DNA of 61,023 bases from Bacteroidaceae bacterium (GCA_963621875.1 CAVFFR010000004.1:1-61023); one strand, 5' to 3'. Shown: positions 20,341-31,947, counted from the stretch's first letter. Program-made: numbers and translations. The notes: a model not told the origin generated them from the sequence alone.

Positions 20341-21408
20341 TTAAACATTGCTTCCTTCAGGCTTACCACCTATATTTGGAATATCTTTTTCGTCTTTATC
20401 TTTTTTTTGCTTTTTTTCTTTCTTTTTCTGATCTTCCTTTTCTTTTTCTTCTTTTCTCTTAGCCTCTTCGTCTTCTTCTTTTTGTCTTTGTTGCTCTAGT
20501 TCTTCTCTTACTTTCTCTTGAACTGATTTTATTTTTTCCACTTCGTTTTGTCTTTTAATATAGTCAGATCTAATTATAAGTATTGAAGTAACTACATAGA
20601 TACACGCAATTGCTGTATACATTGTTTGAAAGTATCTTACTGTACAACCTGTGAATTCTTTTATTATCGCGTATATAATATTTAGTACAATTGGAAGTGT
20701 TAAAGAGTGAACTGCTACACTAAATGCTGCTCCATATCTTAATTTCATTCTTACACATCTAGCTAATACAAACCCTAATACTCCTAATGCTAATGCATCT
20801 AATAGAACACTAACAAAATATATTGCTACCATATATATAAATGTAGTAACAAGTATCACTGCATATATTTTTACTTTATTTCCATTTATAATTTCTGGTA
20901 TAGTTTGCTTGTCCATAGTTTGTATATTGTTTTGTTCTAGAATATCCGAATATGTTCTCTCTGTTATTCCATTTACCATTTCATTTTTATACAAAATTTT
21001 ATCTCTTAATAGTAAAAATCCATTGCTTTTTTCTTGTAGCTCTTTTTTATATGCTTCTATTTGTTCATCTGTTAGTTCAGAAGTATCTATCGTTACATTT
21101 TGGTAGATTTCTTCTATATTTGCTTCTAATTTTTGATTATTGTTTACTTCAAGTATTCCATCTTTGTAAGATAATTGTGAAATGTTATTGTTGTAATATT
21201 CCGATACTTTGTTTAAAGCTTTGGAGAATCTGTATGTTGTCAAAATTGCTACAATAACTGTAAATATTGCAATTAGCTTAAATAAGTACATAGTTGTTTT
21301 TCCTATGCTGTCTAATGCAAAATCTTCATATTTATCAAAATCTTTTATGCTCTTTATAAAAGATTTAAAAAATCCTTCTTTTTTTATTTTCTGGCTGTTT
21401 GTGCTCAT
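20341..21408 (-). CDS. DUF1189-like polytopic membrane protein with a Lys/Glu-rich C-terminal tail.
   Basis: The N-terminus resembles DUF1189 proteins and there are several TM helices. The family assignment is from memory only. Confidence 0.6.
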   Translation of the reverse strand: MSTNSQKIKKEGFFKSFIKSIKDFDKYEDFALDSIGKTTMYLFKLIAIFTVIVAILTTYRFSKALNKVSEYYNNNISQLSYKDGILEVNNNQKLEANIEEIYQNVTIDTSELTDEQIEAYKKELQEKSNGFLLLRDKILYKNEMVNGITERTYSDILEQNNIQTMDKQTIPEIINGNKVKIYAVILVTTFIYMVAIYFVSVLLDALALGVLGFVLARCVRMKLRYGAAFSVAVHSLTLPIVLNIIYAIIKEFTGCTVRYFQTMYTAIACIYVVTSILIIRSDYIKRQNEVEKIKSVQEKVREELEQQRQKEEDEEAKRKEEKEKEDQKKKEKKQKKDKDEKDIPNIGGKPEGSNV

Positions 21409-21429
21409 ACAGTTCTCCTCAAAAATTTA

Positions 21430-22842
21430 TTATGATTCTTTTTTTACTATTATTCCATCTTTAGTATCTTTTATGCTGTAGCCCTTGCTAATTATCAAAT
21501 CTCTTAGTTCATCTGATCTATTCCAGTCTTTATTAGCTCTTGCTTGTTTTCTTTGCTCTACTAATTCTTTTATTTCATCTGGCAGTTCTTCTACTTGACT
21601 ATTCTTAAATTCTTCTAGATATTTTTCTGAATTTATAATATCTAATCCTAAAACTTTGTCAAATTCTAATAGTAGTTTGCTAAATTGATTAGATTTTTTA
21701 GCGTTTCTAACAACTTCCCAAACTACACTCATAGCTCCAGGAATATTCATATCATCATTTACAAAGTTATCAAATTTGTCTTTGTATTCTTTTATTACGG
21801 TATCTTCTATTATGTCAGTTCCATTTGTATTTTTTACATAACCATCATATAATCTCTCTAGTGCTTTTTGTGCTCCATAAGCTCCTTCAAAAGTAAAGTT
21901 TAATTTATTTCTATAATGTGATGTGAAGCAGAATAGTCTAAATGCTAGTGGTGCTATACCCTTTTCTTGTAATTGTGATATCGTGTATGTGTTTCCTAAG
22001 CTTTTTGACATTTTTCCGTTGTTCACTAATAGATATTCGCAGTGCATCCATATTTTTGCTGGTATTTTACCAGTTGCACCTTTTGCTTGAGCTATTTCAT
22101 TTTCGTGATGTGTAGGAATATGGTCTACTCCTCCTGTATGAATATCAAATACTTCTCCTAAAAATCTTCTTCCCATTGTAGAACATTCTAAATGCCAGCC
22201 TGGATACGAAAGTCCCCAAGGACTCTCCCATTTCATAATATGGTTTTCTGGTGCTTTAATCCATAATGCGAAGTCATATGGACTTTTCTTTTCTGGATCA
22301 ACATCAACTCTTGCTCCAGCTATTTGATCTTCTAAGCATCTGTTTGATAAAACTGGATATTTATCTAATTTTGATATATCAAAGTATATGCCTTTGCTTG
22401 TTTCATAAGCATAGCCATTTTTTATTATTTCTTGTACATATTCTATCATCTGCTCTATATTGTCTGTTGCTTTTGTAATGATTTCCGGTCTTTGAATATT
22501 TAACCTATCCATATCTTTTAGGAAAGCATCAGTATAGAATTTTGCTATCTCGTAAGGATCCCTATTTTCTTTTCTCGCAGCTTTTTCCATTTTATCTTCG
22601 CCTTCATCTGCGTCAGATTCTAAGTGTCCTACGTCTGTTATATTCATTACGTGTTTTAATTCAAATCCATTATATTTTATTACTCTTCTTAAAGTGTCTA
22701 CGAATATGTAAGTTCTAAAATTTCCAATATGTGCATAGCTGTAGACTGTAGGTCCACAACTATACATTCTTACTTTATTTTCTTCTATTGGAATAAATTT
22801 CTCTTTTTCTTTTGAAAGAGTATTATAAAAATTTAATTCCAT
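21430..22842 (-). CDS. cysS: Cysteinyl-tRNA synthetase.
   Basis: HIGN and KMSKS class I signatures are present, at the typical CysRS length. Confidence 0.95.
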   Translation of the reverse strand: MELNFYNTLSKEKEKFIPIEENKVRMYSCGPTVYSYAHIGNFRTYIFVDTLRRVIKYNGFELKHVMNITDVGHLESDADEGEDKMEKAARKENRDPYEIAKFYTDAFLKDMDRLNIQRPEIITKATDNIEQMIEYVQEIIKNGYAYETSKGIYFDISKLDKYPVLSNRCLEDQIAGARVDVDPEKKSPYDFALWIKAPENHIMKWESPWGLSYPGWHLECSTMGRRFLGEVFDIHTGGVDHIPTHHENEIAQAKGATGKIPAKIWMHCEYLLVNNGKMSKSLGNTYTISQLQEKGIAPLAFRLFCFTSHYRNKLNFTFEGAYGAQKALERLYDGYVKNTNGTDIIEDTVIKEYKDKFDNFVNDDMNIPGAMSVVWEVVRNAKKSNQFSKLLLEFDKVLGLDIINSEKYLEEFKNSQVEELPDEIKELVEQRKQARANKDWNRSDELRDLIISKGYSIKDTKDGIIVKKES

Positions 22843-22858
22843 TAATTAATCTTCTCCT

Positions 22859-25495
22859 TTAAATTTCTGTGTTCTCTGGATTATCTGGTTTTATAACATT
22901 CTCAGATGTATTATCTCCATCAGTTTCTCCTGATTTCTTGCTTACTGTTATTGTAACCGTATCTCCTATTTTAATAGTTGTACCCGTTGACTTGCTTTGT
23001 TCTATCACTTCTCCATCTTCTTTATTTGATGTTTTTGTTTCTATTATTACTTTTAGCCCTAAATCTTTTAATATCTTCATAGCCTCATCTTTGCTTTTTT
23101 CAATAATATTTGGCATTACAACAGTTTTGGCTGTATGAACATCACAAGTTTCTGTTGGTATATCATATTTACCGCCATCGTCAGTATTCCATAATGTTAA
23201 TTCTTCTTTTTCTGGTTTTTTAGTATAATTTTTTTCTTCTGTGTTTGGACAATGTTCTGTTGCTATCTTGCCTGTGTCTGTGCATATTGTTAATTTTGTA
23301 TGTCCTTCACAGTCTGATGGAATAGTTCCTTTTGCAAAATACTCTGTATACGTTTGACTACAAGCTTCTGTTGCCACTTTTCCAGACTGTAAACAAATTC
23401 TTGCAGTCACTACACTGCTTGGTTTTGTGAAACTTGATTCTGGTAAATCTTCGTGAATTTTTTTCATTACCTCTGCCCATAATTGACACGATCTGTTTGT
23501 TGAATTTGCATAACCTGTTAAACGCTCTTGATCTCTGTCATACCCATACCAAGTAGCTGCTGTATAATATGATGTAAATCCACAGAACCATCTGTCTACA
23601 TTTGATGTTGTTGTTCCTGTTTTTCCTGCGGTTTCTTGATTTGGTATTTTACATCTGCTTGCTGTTCCTCCTGCTCCTACTACTGGGCCTGTTAATATTG
23701 ACTTTTCTATAAATGCGTTTGCTTCTGACATAACTCTTGTTTTTTCTTGTTTAGCTTCTAGTATTACATTTCCTGAAGAATCTTCCACTTTTGTATAGAA
23801 AGTTGGTGTTATATAAACTCCATCATTTGCTATTGTTGCATATGCTCCTGCCATTTCTAGTGGAGAAATTCCTATTGTTAATCCACCAAGTACCATTGGT
23901 AAGTTTTCATCATTATGTTCTGAATTTTCATCAGCAGTAACTAATGTAGTTATTCCCATTTTTCTTAGGAATTCTATTGAATTTCTTGGTCCAAGTTCAG
24001 ACATTATTTTACATTCTGTTGTATTTGCAGATATTTCTATTGCTTTTCTTACAGTAATTAGTCCTACTCTTGAACTTGTTGGATGATAACTTCCAAAACT
24101 TGTAGATGATTCATCATATATTGTTGCTGCATTTATTATTCCTGCTTCTAATGCTGGTGCAATGGAAGCTATTGGCTTCATTGATGATCCTGGTTGTCTT
24201 GCAGATTGTGTTGCTCTGTTTAGTCCGTTTGAATCAACATCATCTCCAAGTCCTCCCATACAACCAACAACATATCCAGTTTTGTGATCTATAATAACCA
24301 TTGCTGATTGAGTATGTTCATTTATTAAGTTTCCTTCTGAGTCCGTTTTGTTTCCTGGATACACATAGTCACCACTTCTATATACTTCTTCTAAGCTTGC
24401 TTGTATACTAGAGTTTTGTGTAGTGTATATTTTATATCCTTTTCCTTCTATAAGTGATGCTGCTGTTTTTTCGTCTATTTCTTTCTCTTTTGCATAGTCT
24501 TCTACAACCTGATTAAATGCTGCTCTTGCAAGATATGACATTGATACATTTGTTGTCGTTTCACCTTGTTCAAATTTCAAACCTGCCTCTACTTCGTCTT
24601 TTGCAGTGTTATATTCTTCTTCTGTAATTTTTCCTAACTCTTTCATTTTTGCAAGAACAGTTTTAGTCCTTTTTTTAATTAATTCCGAATTATCTTCTTC
24701 ACCAAAAGGATTATAACTATTTGGTGCATTATTTATGCCTGCTAAGAAGGCACATTCTGCTAAGTCTAAGTCTTTTACAGATTTATTAAAATAGTACTGT
24801 GAGCCAAGTTCTACTCCGTGTATTCCAGGACCTCCCACAAATATTAAATTTAGATATAATTCTAATATTTGACTCTTAGATAATTGTTTTTCTAGCTTAA
24901 TAGCTCTAGACATTTCTCTGATTTTTCTTTTTATTCCGCCTAATCCAGAATCATCTTTGTCATTCATAAAGTTCTTTACTGTTTGTTGGGTAATTGTACT
25001 TCCTCCACCAGATGAAGAATTTCCTTTATGTAATATGTATTTTACAGTAACTGCTAGAGTTCTTTTTATATCTACTCCATTATGTTTTTCAAATCTTTCG
25101 TCTTCTATTGATATATATGCATCTTGAAGATATTTTGGTACTTCGCTTAGTTGAACAACCCTTCTTCTTTCTGCCCCAGCCATATTAGCTATTTCGTTTC
25201 CTTCTGCATCATATATAACAGTATTAACATTGCTATATGTCAAATCACTTTCTGTCATATTCCATTGATCGCTATTAAATATAGCTACTATTATTCCCAC
25301 ACCTATTATAAATAATAATAAGCAAAGAATAATAACTATTTTTAGGAATTTAGCTAATAGCTTATGCCTTTTCCAGAATCCCTTCTTTTTTGTCTTATCT
25401 TCTTTATTTTTATTTTGGTTTTTATTCTGATTTTCTTTTTTATTTATTTTTGTATTGTTTCTTTTATTGTCATTTTTTCTTGCGGGTTTTTTCAT
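22859..25495 (-). CDS. Class A penicillin-binding protein (glycosyltransferase/transpeptidase) with a C-terminal PASTA-like extension.
   Basis: GT51 motif EDERFEKHNG and transpeptidase motif SSMKP are present. The likely start is ATG 25495 after AAGGAGGA. Confidence 0.9.
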   Translation of the reverse strand: MKKPARKNDNKRNNTKINKKENQNKNQNKNKEDKTKKKGFWKRHKLLAKFLKIVIILCLLLFIIGVGIIVAIFNSDQWNMTESDLTYSNVNTVIYDAEGNEIANMAGAERRRVVQLSEVPKYLQDAYISIEDERFEKHNGVDIKRTLAVTVKYILHKGNSSSGGGSTITQQTVKNFMNDKDDSGLGGIKRKIREMSRAIKLEKQLSKSQILELYLNLIFVGGPGIHGVELGSQYYFNKSVKDLDLAECAFLAGINNAPNSYNPFGEEDNSELIKKRTKTVLAKMKELGKITEEEYNTAKDEVEAGLKFEQGETTTNVSMSYLARAAFNQVVEDYAKEKEIDEKTAASLIEGKGYKIYTTQNSSIQASLEEVYRSGDYVYPGNKTDSEGNLINEHTQSAMVIIDHKTGYVVGCMGGLGDDVDSNGLNRATQSARQPGSSMKPIASIAPALEAGIINAATIYDESSTSFGSYHPTSSRVGLITVRKAIEISANTTECKIMSELGPRNSIEFLRKMGITTLVTADENSEHNDENLPMVLGGLTIGISPLEMAGAYATIANDGVYITPTFYTKVEDSSGNVILEAKQEKTRVMSEANAFIEKSILTGPVVGAGGTASRCKIPNQETAGKTGTTTSNVDRWFCGFTSYYTAATWYGYDRDQERLTGYANSTNRSCQLWAEVMKKIHEDLPESSFTKPSSVVTARICLQSGKVATEACSQTYTEYFAKGTIPSDCEGHTKLTICTDTGKIATEHCPNTEEKNYTKKPEKEELTLWNTDDGGKYDIPTETCDVHTAKTVVMPNIIEKSKDEAMKILKDLGLKVIIETKTSNKEDGEVIEQSKSTGTTIKIGDTVTITVSKKSGETDGDNTSENVIKPDNPENTEI

Positions 25496-25606
25496 GAAAA
25501 TAATCCTCCTTATAATTATTTCAATATATGCCATTATTATATTACATATTTAAATAAAAGTAAAATCTTTTTATAAAATTCTTTTAATTTATATTTTATT
25601 TCTTGT

Positions 25607-26512
25607 TTAATAATTGTTAATCTTTAAATCTTCTAATATTTCTTCAGGTGCCGTTATAAGTCTAGCTCCTTGTTTTATTAATTCATTAGTTCCAACAGCA
25701 TTCTTGCTATCTATATTTCCTGGAATTGCATATACATTTTTTCCTTGTTCTAGTGCAAAGTCTACCGTTATTAATGTTCCACTTTTCTCTTTTGCCTCTA
25801 TCACTAATACTCCATCTGATATACCACTTATAATTCTATTTCTTGCAGGAAATGTATATTTACTTGGTTTTGTTCCAATTATATATTCAGATATTATTAA
25901 TCCATTGTTTTCTAGTATCTGTTCTTCTAGTTTTTTGTTCTCTGGTGGATATATGTAATCTATTCCGTTTCCTAATACTGCAATTGTTTCTTTATTTGCA
26001 TTAATGGTTCCTTGATGTGCAAATGAATCTATTCCTCTTGCTCCTCCACTTACTATAACAATATTCTCTTGTGCTAATTTATATGCAAATTCTTTTGCTA
26101 TCTTTTCACCATATTCGCTATAATCTCTGCATCCTATTATAGCAATTTTCTTTGCTCTATTTAATAATTCTATGTTTCCCCTACAATATAAACATATTGG
26201 ATGATCACTGACATATTTCAGTTGTTTTGGATATTCTTTATCATTACATAATACAATTTTTAATTTGTATCTTTTGATGTTTTTTATGTTTATTTCCAAC
26301 CTTATTTTATAATATAAGTTTGTTATTTCTTTTATTATCTTTTTTGAGTTTTCAAAATAGCCTAATAGTTCTTCTTCTAATTCTTTTTTTGTTTTGTTAA
26401 ATAAGATTTGAGGATCTTTGTATTTATCTAATAATTTAACTTTTTCTCTCGTTGAAAGCTTGTCTATACTTGATAGCCAAATATAATATTTATTTTGTTC
26501 TATATCTTTCAA
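25607..26512 (-). CDS. dprA: DNA processing protein DprA.
   Basis: The SGGARGID Rossmann-like motif typical of DprA/Smf is present. Confidence 0.9.
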   Translation of the reverse strand: MKDIEQNKYYIWLSSIDKLSTREKVKLLDKYKDPQILFNKTKKELEEELLGYFENSKKIIKEITNLYYKIRLEINIKNIKRYKLKIVLCNDKEYPKQLKYVSDHPICLYCRGNIELLNRAKKIAIIGCRDYSEYGEKIAKEFAYKLAQENIVIVSGGARGIDSFAHQGTINANKETIAVLGNGIDYIYPPENKKLEEQILENNGLIISEYIIGTKPSKYTFPARNRIISGISDGVLVIEAKEKSGTLITVDFALEQGKNVYAIPGNIDSKNAVGTNELIKQGARLITAPEEILEDLKINNY

Positions 26513-26547
26513 ATCGTTTTTCCTTTCTATATAAGTTTAAAAAACAA

Positions 26548-26582
26548 GGAGAATAAAAGCATTTGTATGCTCAGTATTCCCC
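26548..26582 (-). terminator. folD terminator.
   Basis: A compound stem (GGAGAATA...GCAT/ATGC...TATTCCCC) is followed on the minus strand by TTGTTTTTT. Confidence 0.6.
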
Positions 26583-26607
26583 TATTATTTTTATTCAATT
26601 TATTAAA

Positions 26608-27468
26608 TTATATTATGCCATTTTGTTTTTTTGTTGCTTTTATAACATTATTCATAAGCATTGCTATTGTCATTGGACCTACACCGCCAGGAACAGGCGT
26701 TATGTATGATGCCTTTACTTTTACATTTTCAAAGTCCACATCTCCCACTAGTTTGCCTTCAATGTTTCTATTCATTCCAACATCAATTACAGTAGCTCCT
26801 TCTTTTACCATATCAGCAGTTACCATATTTACTTTCCCGACAGCACTAATTAATATATCTGCTGTTTTTGTTATGTCTTTTAGATTTTCTGTTTTTGAAT
26901 GGCAAGTTGTTATTGTTGCATTTTTATTTAATAAGCATTGTGAAAGTGGCTTTCCAACAATATTGCTTCTACCTATTACTACTGCATGTTTGCCTTCTAT
27001 TGGTATGTTATATTCTTCTAGCATTTTTATTATTCCATAAGGTGTACAAGATATAAAACAGTCTTGTCCAATCATTAATTTACCTACATTTACAGGATTA
27101 AACCCATCTACATCTTTTCTATAATCTATTCTTTCAAATGCTTGCTTTATATCCAATCCCTTTGGTATTGGACTCTGTAATAATATTCCATTAATGTCTT
27201 TTCTATTGTTTAGGTCGTCTATTACATTTAGCAATTTTTCCATTGTTGTATTTGAGTCTAACAAAATTTCTTCATATTCTATCCCTACATCTTGACACGC
27301 TTTACTTTTGTTTTTTACATATATTTTTGAAGCGCTATCGTCTCCAACCAATATTACTGCTAATTTTGATATTATTCCTCTTTTTTTCAGTTTGTCATTT
27401 TCTTGCTTCAAATTTTCCCTTGTTTTTTTAGCAAGTGCTTTACCATCAATAATTTGATACATATTCAA
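26608..27468 (-). CDS. folD: Bifunctional methylenetetrahydrofolate dehydrogenase/cyclohydrolase.
   Basis: 286 aa with the GRSNIVGKP and TPVPGGVGPMT motifs. Confidence 0.95.
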   Translation of the reverse strand: MNMYQIIDGKALAKKTRENLKQENDKLKKRGIISKLAVILVGDDSASKIYVKNKSKACQDVGIEYEEILLDSNTTMEKLLNVIDDLNNRKDINGILLQSPIPKGLDIKQAFERIDYRKDVDGFNPVNVGKLMIGQDCFISCTPYGIIKMLEEYNIPIEGKHAVVIGRSNIVGKPLSQCLLNKNATITTCHSKTENLKDITKTADILISAVGKVNMVTADMVKEGATVIDVGMNRNIEGKLVGDVDFENVKVKASYITPVPGGVGPMTIAMLMNNVIKATKKQNGII

Positions 27469-27474
27469 TACCTC

Positions 27475-28584
27475 TTATATTTTTATTATTTTTTCCCAAG
27501 GCAGATCATCTTTACCGAAGTGACCGTAGTTTGTAGTCTTTTCAAATATAGGCTCTTTTAGATGTAAATATTCTATTATTCCATCTGGTGTTAAATCAAA
27601 TTTATTTTTTATTAGTTCTACTAATTCTTCTTCAGATTTTTCGCTTGTTCCAAATGTATTTACATATATTGAAAGAGGTTCTTTCATTCCTATTGCATAA
27701 GATACTTGTATCTCACATTTTTTTGCATAACCATTAGCAACTAGGTTTTTTGCAATATGTCTAAGCATATAAGCTGCTGATCTATCTACTTTGCTTGCAT
27801 CTTTTCCAGAAAAAGCTCCCCCACCATGTCTTGCATATCCACCATATGTGTCTACAATTATCTTTCTTCCTGTAAGCCCAGTATCGCCTAAAGGTCCACC
27901 TATTACAAACCTTCCTGTTGGATTTACATATATTTTTGTATTTTCATCCATCATATTTTTTGGAACAACTTTTTTTATTACATTTTCTATAACAGCTTGT
28001 CTTACTTCTTCAAGTGTTGCTGTTTCTAGGTGTTGTGTTGATATTAATATTGTTTCTATTCTCTTTGGTTTATCGTCCTCATATTCAACAGTTACTTGTG
28101 TTTTACCATCTGGCCTTAAGAAGTTTACTATTCCTTCTTTTCTAACTTGTGTTAGCCTTTTAGCTAGTTTATGTGCCATATCTATTGCAAATGGCATATA
28201 ATTTGGCGTTTCGTCACAAGCATAACCAAACATTATTCCTTGATCACCAGCTCCACCAACATCAACACCAAGTGCTATATCTGAACTCTGCTTTGTTATA
28301 TCTGCATTAATATTGCAAGTTCTATAATCAATGTCTGTTTGAGCATTGTCATAGCCTATTTCTTTTAGTTTTTCTCTAACTATTTCTCCTAATTTAATTC
28401 TGGCAGTAGAAGTTATTTGTCCTGCAATTGTAATTGTGTTGCTAGAAGCAAAAGTTTCTATTGCTACCCTAGAGTTTTCATCTTGTTTTAGACATTCGTC
28501 TAGAATTGTATCAGAAATGTTATCGCATATTTTATCTGGATGTCCTTCTGTAACACTTTCTGATGTAAAATAATATTTTTTCAT
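27475..28584 (-). CDS. metK: S-adenosylmethionine synthetase.
   Basis: The motifs GHPDK, GAGDQG and GGGAFSGKD are present. Confidence 0.96.
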   Translation of the reverse strand: MKKYYFTSESVTEGHPDKICDNISDTILDECLKQDENSRVAIETFASSNTITIAGQITSTARIKLGEIVREKLKEIGYDNAQTDIDYRTCNINADITKQSSDIALGVDVGGAGDQGIMFGYACDETPNYMPFAIDMAHKLAKRLTQVRKEGIVNFLRPDGKTQVTVEYEDDKPKRIETILISTQHLETATLEEVRQAVIENVIKKVVPKNMMDENTKIYVNPTGRFVIGGPLGDTGLTGRKIIVDTYGGYARHGGGAFSGKDASKVDRSAAYMLRHIAKNLVANGYAKKCEIQVSYAIGMKEPLSIYVNTFGTSEKSEEELVELIKNKFDLTPDGIIEYLHLKEPIFEKTTNYGHFGKDDLPWEKIIKI

Positions 28585-28678
28585 TTTTTCCTCTTTTCTT
28601 GTGGCTTGTTAAAATCTTAATTATTATACTATATTAATTATATTTTGACTACCATTTTTGCAAAATATTTTAATACAA

Positions 28679-29905
28679 CTATTCTTTATTATTTCTTAAT
28701 AATTTATCTGCTTTCATCTTTCCTGCTCTTGTTATTATTTCGTAACCAAATTTTTCTTTTATTTCATCTATCGCTTTATCTACTTTTCTTTGTTTTTCTT
28801 TCTCTATATCAGTTTGGTTAAATAAGGATAATTGCATTTGATCTTTTCCCTCTAAATTGTCTACTCTTAGCCCTATTAATCTGATTTGTTTATTTATCGA
28901 ATTATTATATAAAGTTTCTAATAACTTTTTAGATTCACTATAAATATATTTTGTACTATCTGTTGGTTCGTCCATTTTTCTTTGATGCGAAAATGTTTTA
29001 AACTCATTTGTTTTTATTTGCACATTTACCACATTTGCCATTAGCTCTTGCTTTCTTAATCTATATGCTACTTGCTCCGCTAGTGATAATAATATTTCAT
29101 TTAATTTTTCTATATTTGAAACATCCTGTGGCAATGTTACAGAGTTTCCTATTCCTTTTGGCTTGTCATTATTTACTGTTACTGGCTCGTTGTCTATTCC
29201 GTTGGCATATTCCCATATCATTTTTCCAAATTTGCCAAATTTCTTAATTAAAACATTCTGATCTTTTTTAGCTAAGTCTTCTATTGTTTTTATTCCCATT
29301 TTTTCTAATTTAGGTAAGCTTTTTCTGCCAACCATATATAAATCAGATACTGGTAATGACCACATTTTGTTTGGTATTTCTTCTTCATATAATGTATGAA
29401 TTTTGTCTGGCTTTTCAAAGTCTGATGCCATTTTAGCTAAAAGTTTGTTGTGTGCAATCCCTATATTTACTGTAAAACCCAGTTTTCCCTTTATTTCTCT
29501 ACTTATTTGTTTTGTTTTTTCTAATATTGTTTCGTTAGGAAGTAAGAAATTTGTTAGGTCTAAGGAACATTCATCTATTGAATATTGTTCTATTTTGTCC
29601 GTATATTCTTTAAAAATTTCTATCATAGCTTTTGAGTATTTTGAATAAACACGAAAGTCACTACTAAAGACCTTTACCTCTGGGCATTTTTGCCTTGCAA
29701 GATATAAAGGTTCTCCAGTTTTTATTCCAAACTGTTTAGCTAATTGACTTTTAGCTAAAACGATTCCTCTCCTTTGAGATTCGTCTCCCCCTATTACAGC
29801 CGGAATAGTTCTTATATCTAATTTTTCGCCATTTTTTAGCTTTTCAACAGCAGTCCAAGATAAAAACGCATTGTTTACATCTACATGCAAAATAAAACGT
29901 TCCAT
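28679..29905 (-). CDS. dinB: DNA polymerase IV (Y-family).
   Basis: The N-terminus reads ILHVDVNNAFLS. The likely start is ATG 29905 after GGAGG. Confidence 0.9.
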   Translation of the reverse strand: MERFILHVDVNNAFLSWTAVEKLKNGEKLDIRTIPAVIGGDESQRRGIVLAKSQLAKQFGIKTGEPLYLARQKCPEVKVFSSDFRVYSKYSKAMIEIFKEYTDKIEQYSIDECSLDLTNFLLPNETILEKTKQISREIKGKLGFTVNIGIAHNKLLAKMASDFEKPDKIHTLYEEEIPNKMWSLPVSDLYMVGRKSLPKLEKMGIKTIEDLAKKDQNVLIKKFGKFGKMIWEYANGIDNEPVTVNNDKPKGIGNSVTLPQDVSNIEKLNEILLSLAEQVAYRLRKQELMANVVNVQIKTNEFKTFSHQRKMDEPTDSTKYIYSESKKLLETLYNNSINKQIRLIGLRVDNLEGKDQMQLSLFNQTDIEKEKQRKVDKAIDEIKEKFGYEIITRAGKMKADKLLRNNKE

Positions 29906-29956
29906 AATAACCTCCACGATTATTATAGAACATTTGTTTCTGTTTGTCAATATTTT

Positions 29957-31126
29957 TTACATTTCTATATAAATTTTTAGATTTTCGTAGTCATATGTTA
30001 TCTTTGCTCCGAAGTATTGTTCCAAATAAGACATTCTACAAGTGTATGGCAATTTTCCTTTTTCTACAGTATTCGTTATGTATTGTAGTTCATAGGTTTT
30101 ACCTTTATAATTTATTGACTCTATCGCACCATCTTGTGCTATTTTTTTATCAGTAATACCTAGTTCACTAATTAAATATCTCAAATTATATTCATATTCT
30201 TCTATATCTATGTTATAGGTGGCACTAAATATAAAGTTTCCAACATTTTGCGCTTGTTTGTTTCCCGTCCAAAATTCTTTTGCACTTTTTCCATTTACAA
30301 TTACTTCTAAATACTCTGGTCGATATTTATCTAATTCTTCTTGTGGAATTCCTGCTGTACTTAGATTACTAGTTTTAAGCCATTTGATATAATTATATTT
30401 CTCCTCTTTTATTGCTTCTTCTTCACTTTTTTCTGTATCTATATATACTGTGTTGCTTCTATATTCTCCTATTTTTATAAAACTTCCCGGAAATGTATAC
30501 ATACTTACTCTTTTATTGTCTTTTAATGCAAGTCTAGATATCTCACGCATTGCTTTTGCAGCTTCTTCTATTTCGGCAAAATCATTTAGTTCCATAAATA
30601 TATTATAAGTTAAGAAAGTGACTTTTGTTTCTTTGCCTGATACCATATTGTCATATTTTTCTTGTATTGTTAACTTGTTTCTCAATTCCTTTGGAAGAGT
30701 ATTCTCTATAAAGTATTTCTTGCTTTGAGCTTCATAGTCGTTTCTAGTATCTGCATTATTCTTATATGCAGTAAACACAATTTTCTTATTGCTTTTTGGT
30801 GACATTGTATATATTTCTTCTTTGTCATTTATTTCTTGTGAAATTACTTTAAATTTTTCTAGATATATATCTTCTAAGTTTTCTATTACATCTGGATTTA
30901 CTCGACTCCCTAAGTTCTTCCATTGATTTATTACATACAAAAACACTAGTGCTATTGTCATAATTCCTATAATAGACGCTATTACCGCAAACACTTTAGT
31001 TATATTATGTGTAACTTTTGCAAACTTTTTGACTCCTTTGAAATTTAAGTTATCAAAATCAATTTCCGCTTTCATTTTCTGATATCGTTCGTTATCCTTT
31101 TCATTCCAAAACTCATTTTTATCCAT
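29957..31126 (-). CDS. Hypothetical membrane-anchored protein (389 aa).
   Basis: ORF with a single TM helix near residue 45. I recognise no family. Confidence 0.6.
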   Translation of the reverse strand: MDKNEFWNEKDNERYQKMKAEIDFDNLNFKGVKKFAKVTHNITKVFAVIASIIGIMTIALVFLYVINQWKNLGSRVNPDVIENLEDIYLEKFKVISQEINDKEEIYTMSPKSNKKIVFTAYKNNADTRNDYEAQSKKYFIENTLPKELRNKLTIQEKYDNMVSGKETKVTFLTYNIFMELNDFAEIEEAAKAMREISRLALKDNKRVSMYTFPGSFIKIGEYRSNTVYIDTEKSEEEAIKEEKYNYIKWLKTSNLSTAGIPQEELDKYRPEYLEVIVNGKSAKEFWTGNKQAQNVGNFIFSATYNIDIEEYEYNLRYLISELGITDKKIAQDGAIESINYKGKTYELQYITNTVEKGKLPYTCRMSYLEQYFGAKITYDYENLKIYIEM

Positions 31127-31137
31127 AGTTTCCCCTT

Positions 31138-31947
31138 TTATATATAATGTTCTACCATTACTATTATTTTTCCTTTTTTAGTTTGACCATCTATTCTCAA
31201 AATATTGAATTTTCCTTTTCCTCTAATTACTACTATGTCATTTTCTTTAACTAATTTTGAATTATTTTCTTCATTCATGTAGTTCACAAATACTCTTTGT
31301 TCTAATATTACTTCATTTGCTCTTGTCCTTGAACAATGAGCTAATTCGGCAACAATATTGTCTAATCGAAGAGATGATACTCTAATATCCATAATTCCCT
31401 TTTTTATGTCAGGTTTTCTAATTTCTGATATATCAATCTTTTCTATTGTCGCCTTACTAAATCTTGTTAACTGGTTTAGACTTTCTAATAGATACTTACT
31501 GATTTCTCTGCTTACAACTATATCTGCACCATCTTCAAAAACAAAAATATCTCCTATTTTTTCTCTTTTAATTCCCAGTTTCATTATACCACTCAAATAA
31601 TCTTTGTGTACATATTTTTCTTTATTTTCTTTTGGGAGTTTAATTCTTACAACTTCCGCTATGTTTGAATAACTATATTTGTTTTCCGTGAATAATTCGG
31701 AATATTTATCTGGATATATAACAAGTACTGGTTTTTCTGCTTCCTCACACGGTGCAAAAAATGTATAATTTTCTTGTTTTTGCATTTTTAAAATGTCTTG
31801 ACTTATCACCTTTTGGTGCATATTCAAAAAGTCCGTATATACAATTTGATTTCTTGTTTTAGCCGATTTTATTTTATCTAATATCTTTGCTACTAATAGT
31901 TTATCTTCTTCATTATTATATTTGTTAATAATATCATTTTTTTGCAT
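31138..31947 (-). CDS. ylmH: YlmH-like RNA-binding protein with an S4 domain.
   Basis: The C-terminal S4-like segment (RLDNIVAELAHCSRTRANEVILEQRVFVN) is present. Confidence 0.7.
   Translation of the reverse strand: MQKNDIINKYNNEEDKLLVAKILDKIKSAKTRNQIVYTDFLNMHQKVISQDILKMQKQENYTFFAPCEEAEKPVLVIYPDKYSELFTENKYSYSNIAEVVRIKLPKENKEKYVHKDYLSGIMKLGIKREKIGDIFVFEDGADIVVSREISKYLLESLNQLTRFSKATIEKIDISEIRKPDIKKGIMDIRVSSLRLDNIVAELAHCSRTRANEVILEQRVFVNYMNEENNSKLVKENDIVVIRGKGKFNILRIDGQTKKGKIIVMVEHYI

Noticed and set aside
22843-22858. A T-box leader upstream of cysS.
   Set aside because: Only 16 nt separate cysS from the preceding PBP gene, so cysS is probably co-transcribed.
28585-28678. An expected SAM (S-box or SMK-box) riboswitch upstream of metK.
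   Set aside because: The intergenic region is only 94 nt. It lacks the conserved S-box helices and any terminator, and only promoter-like hexamers are visible.
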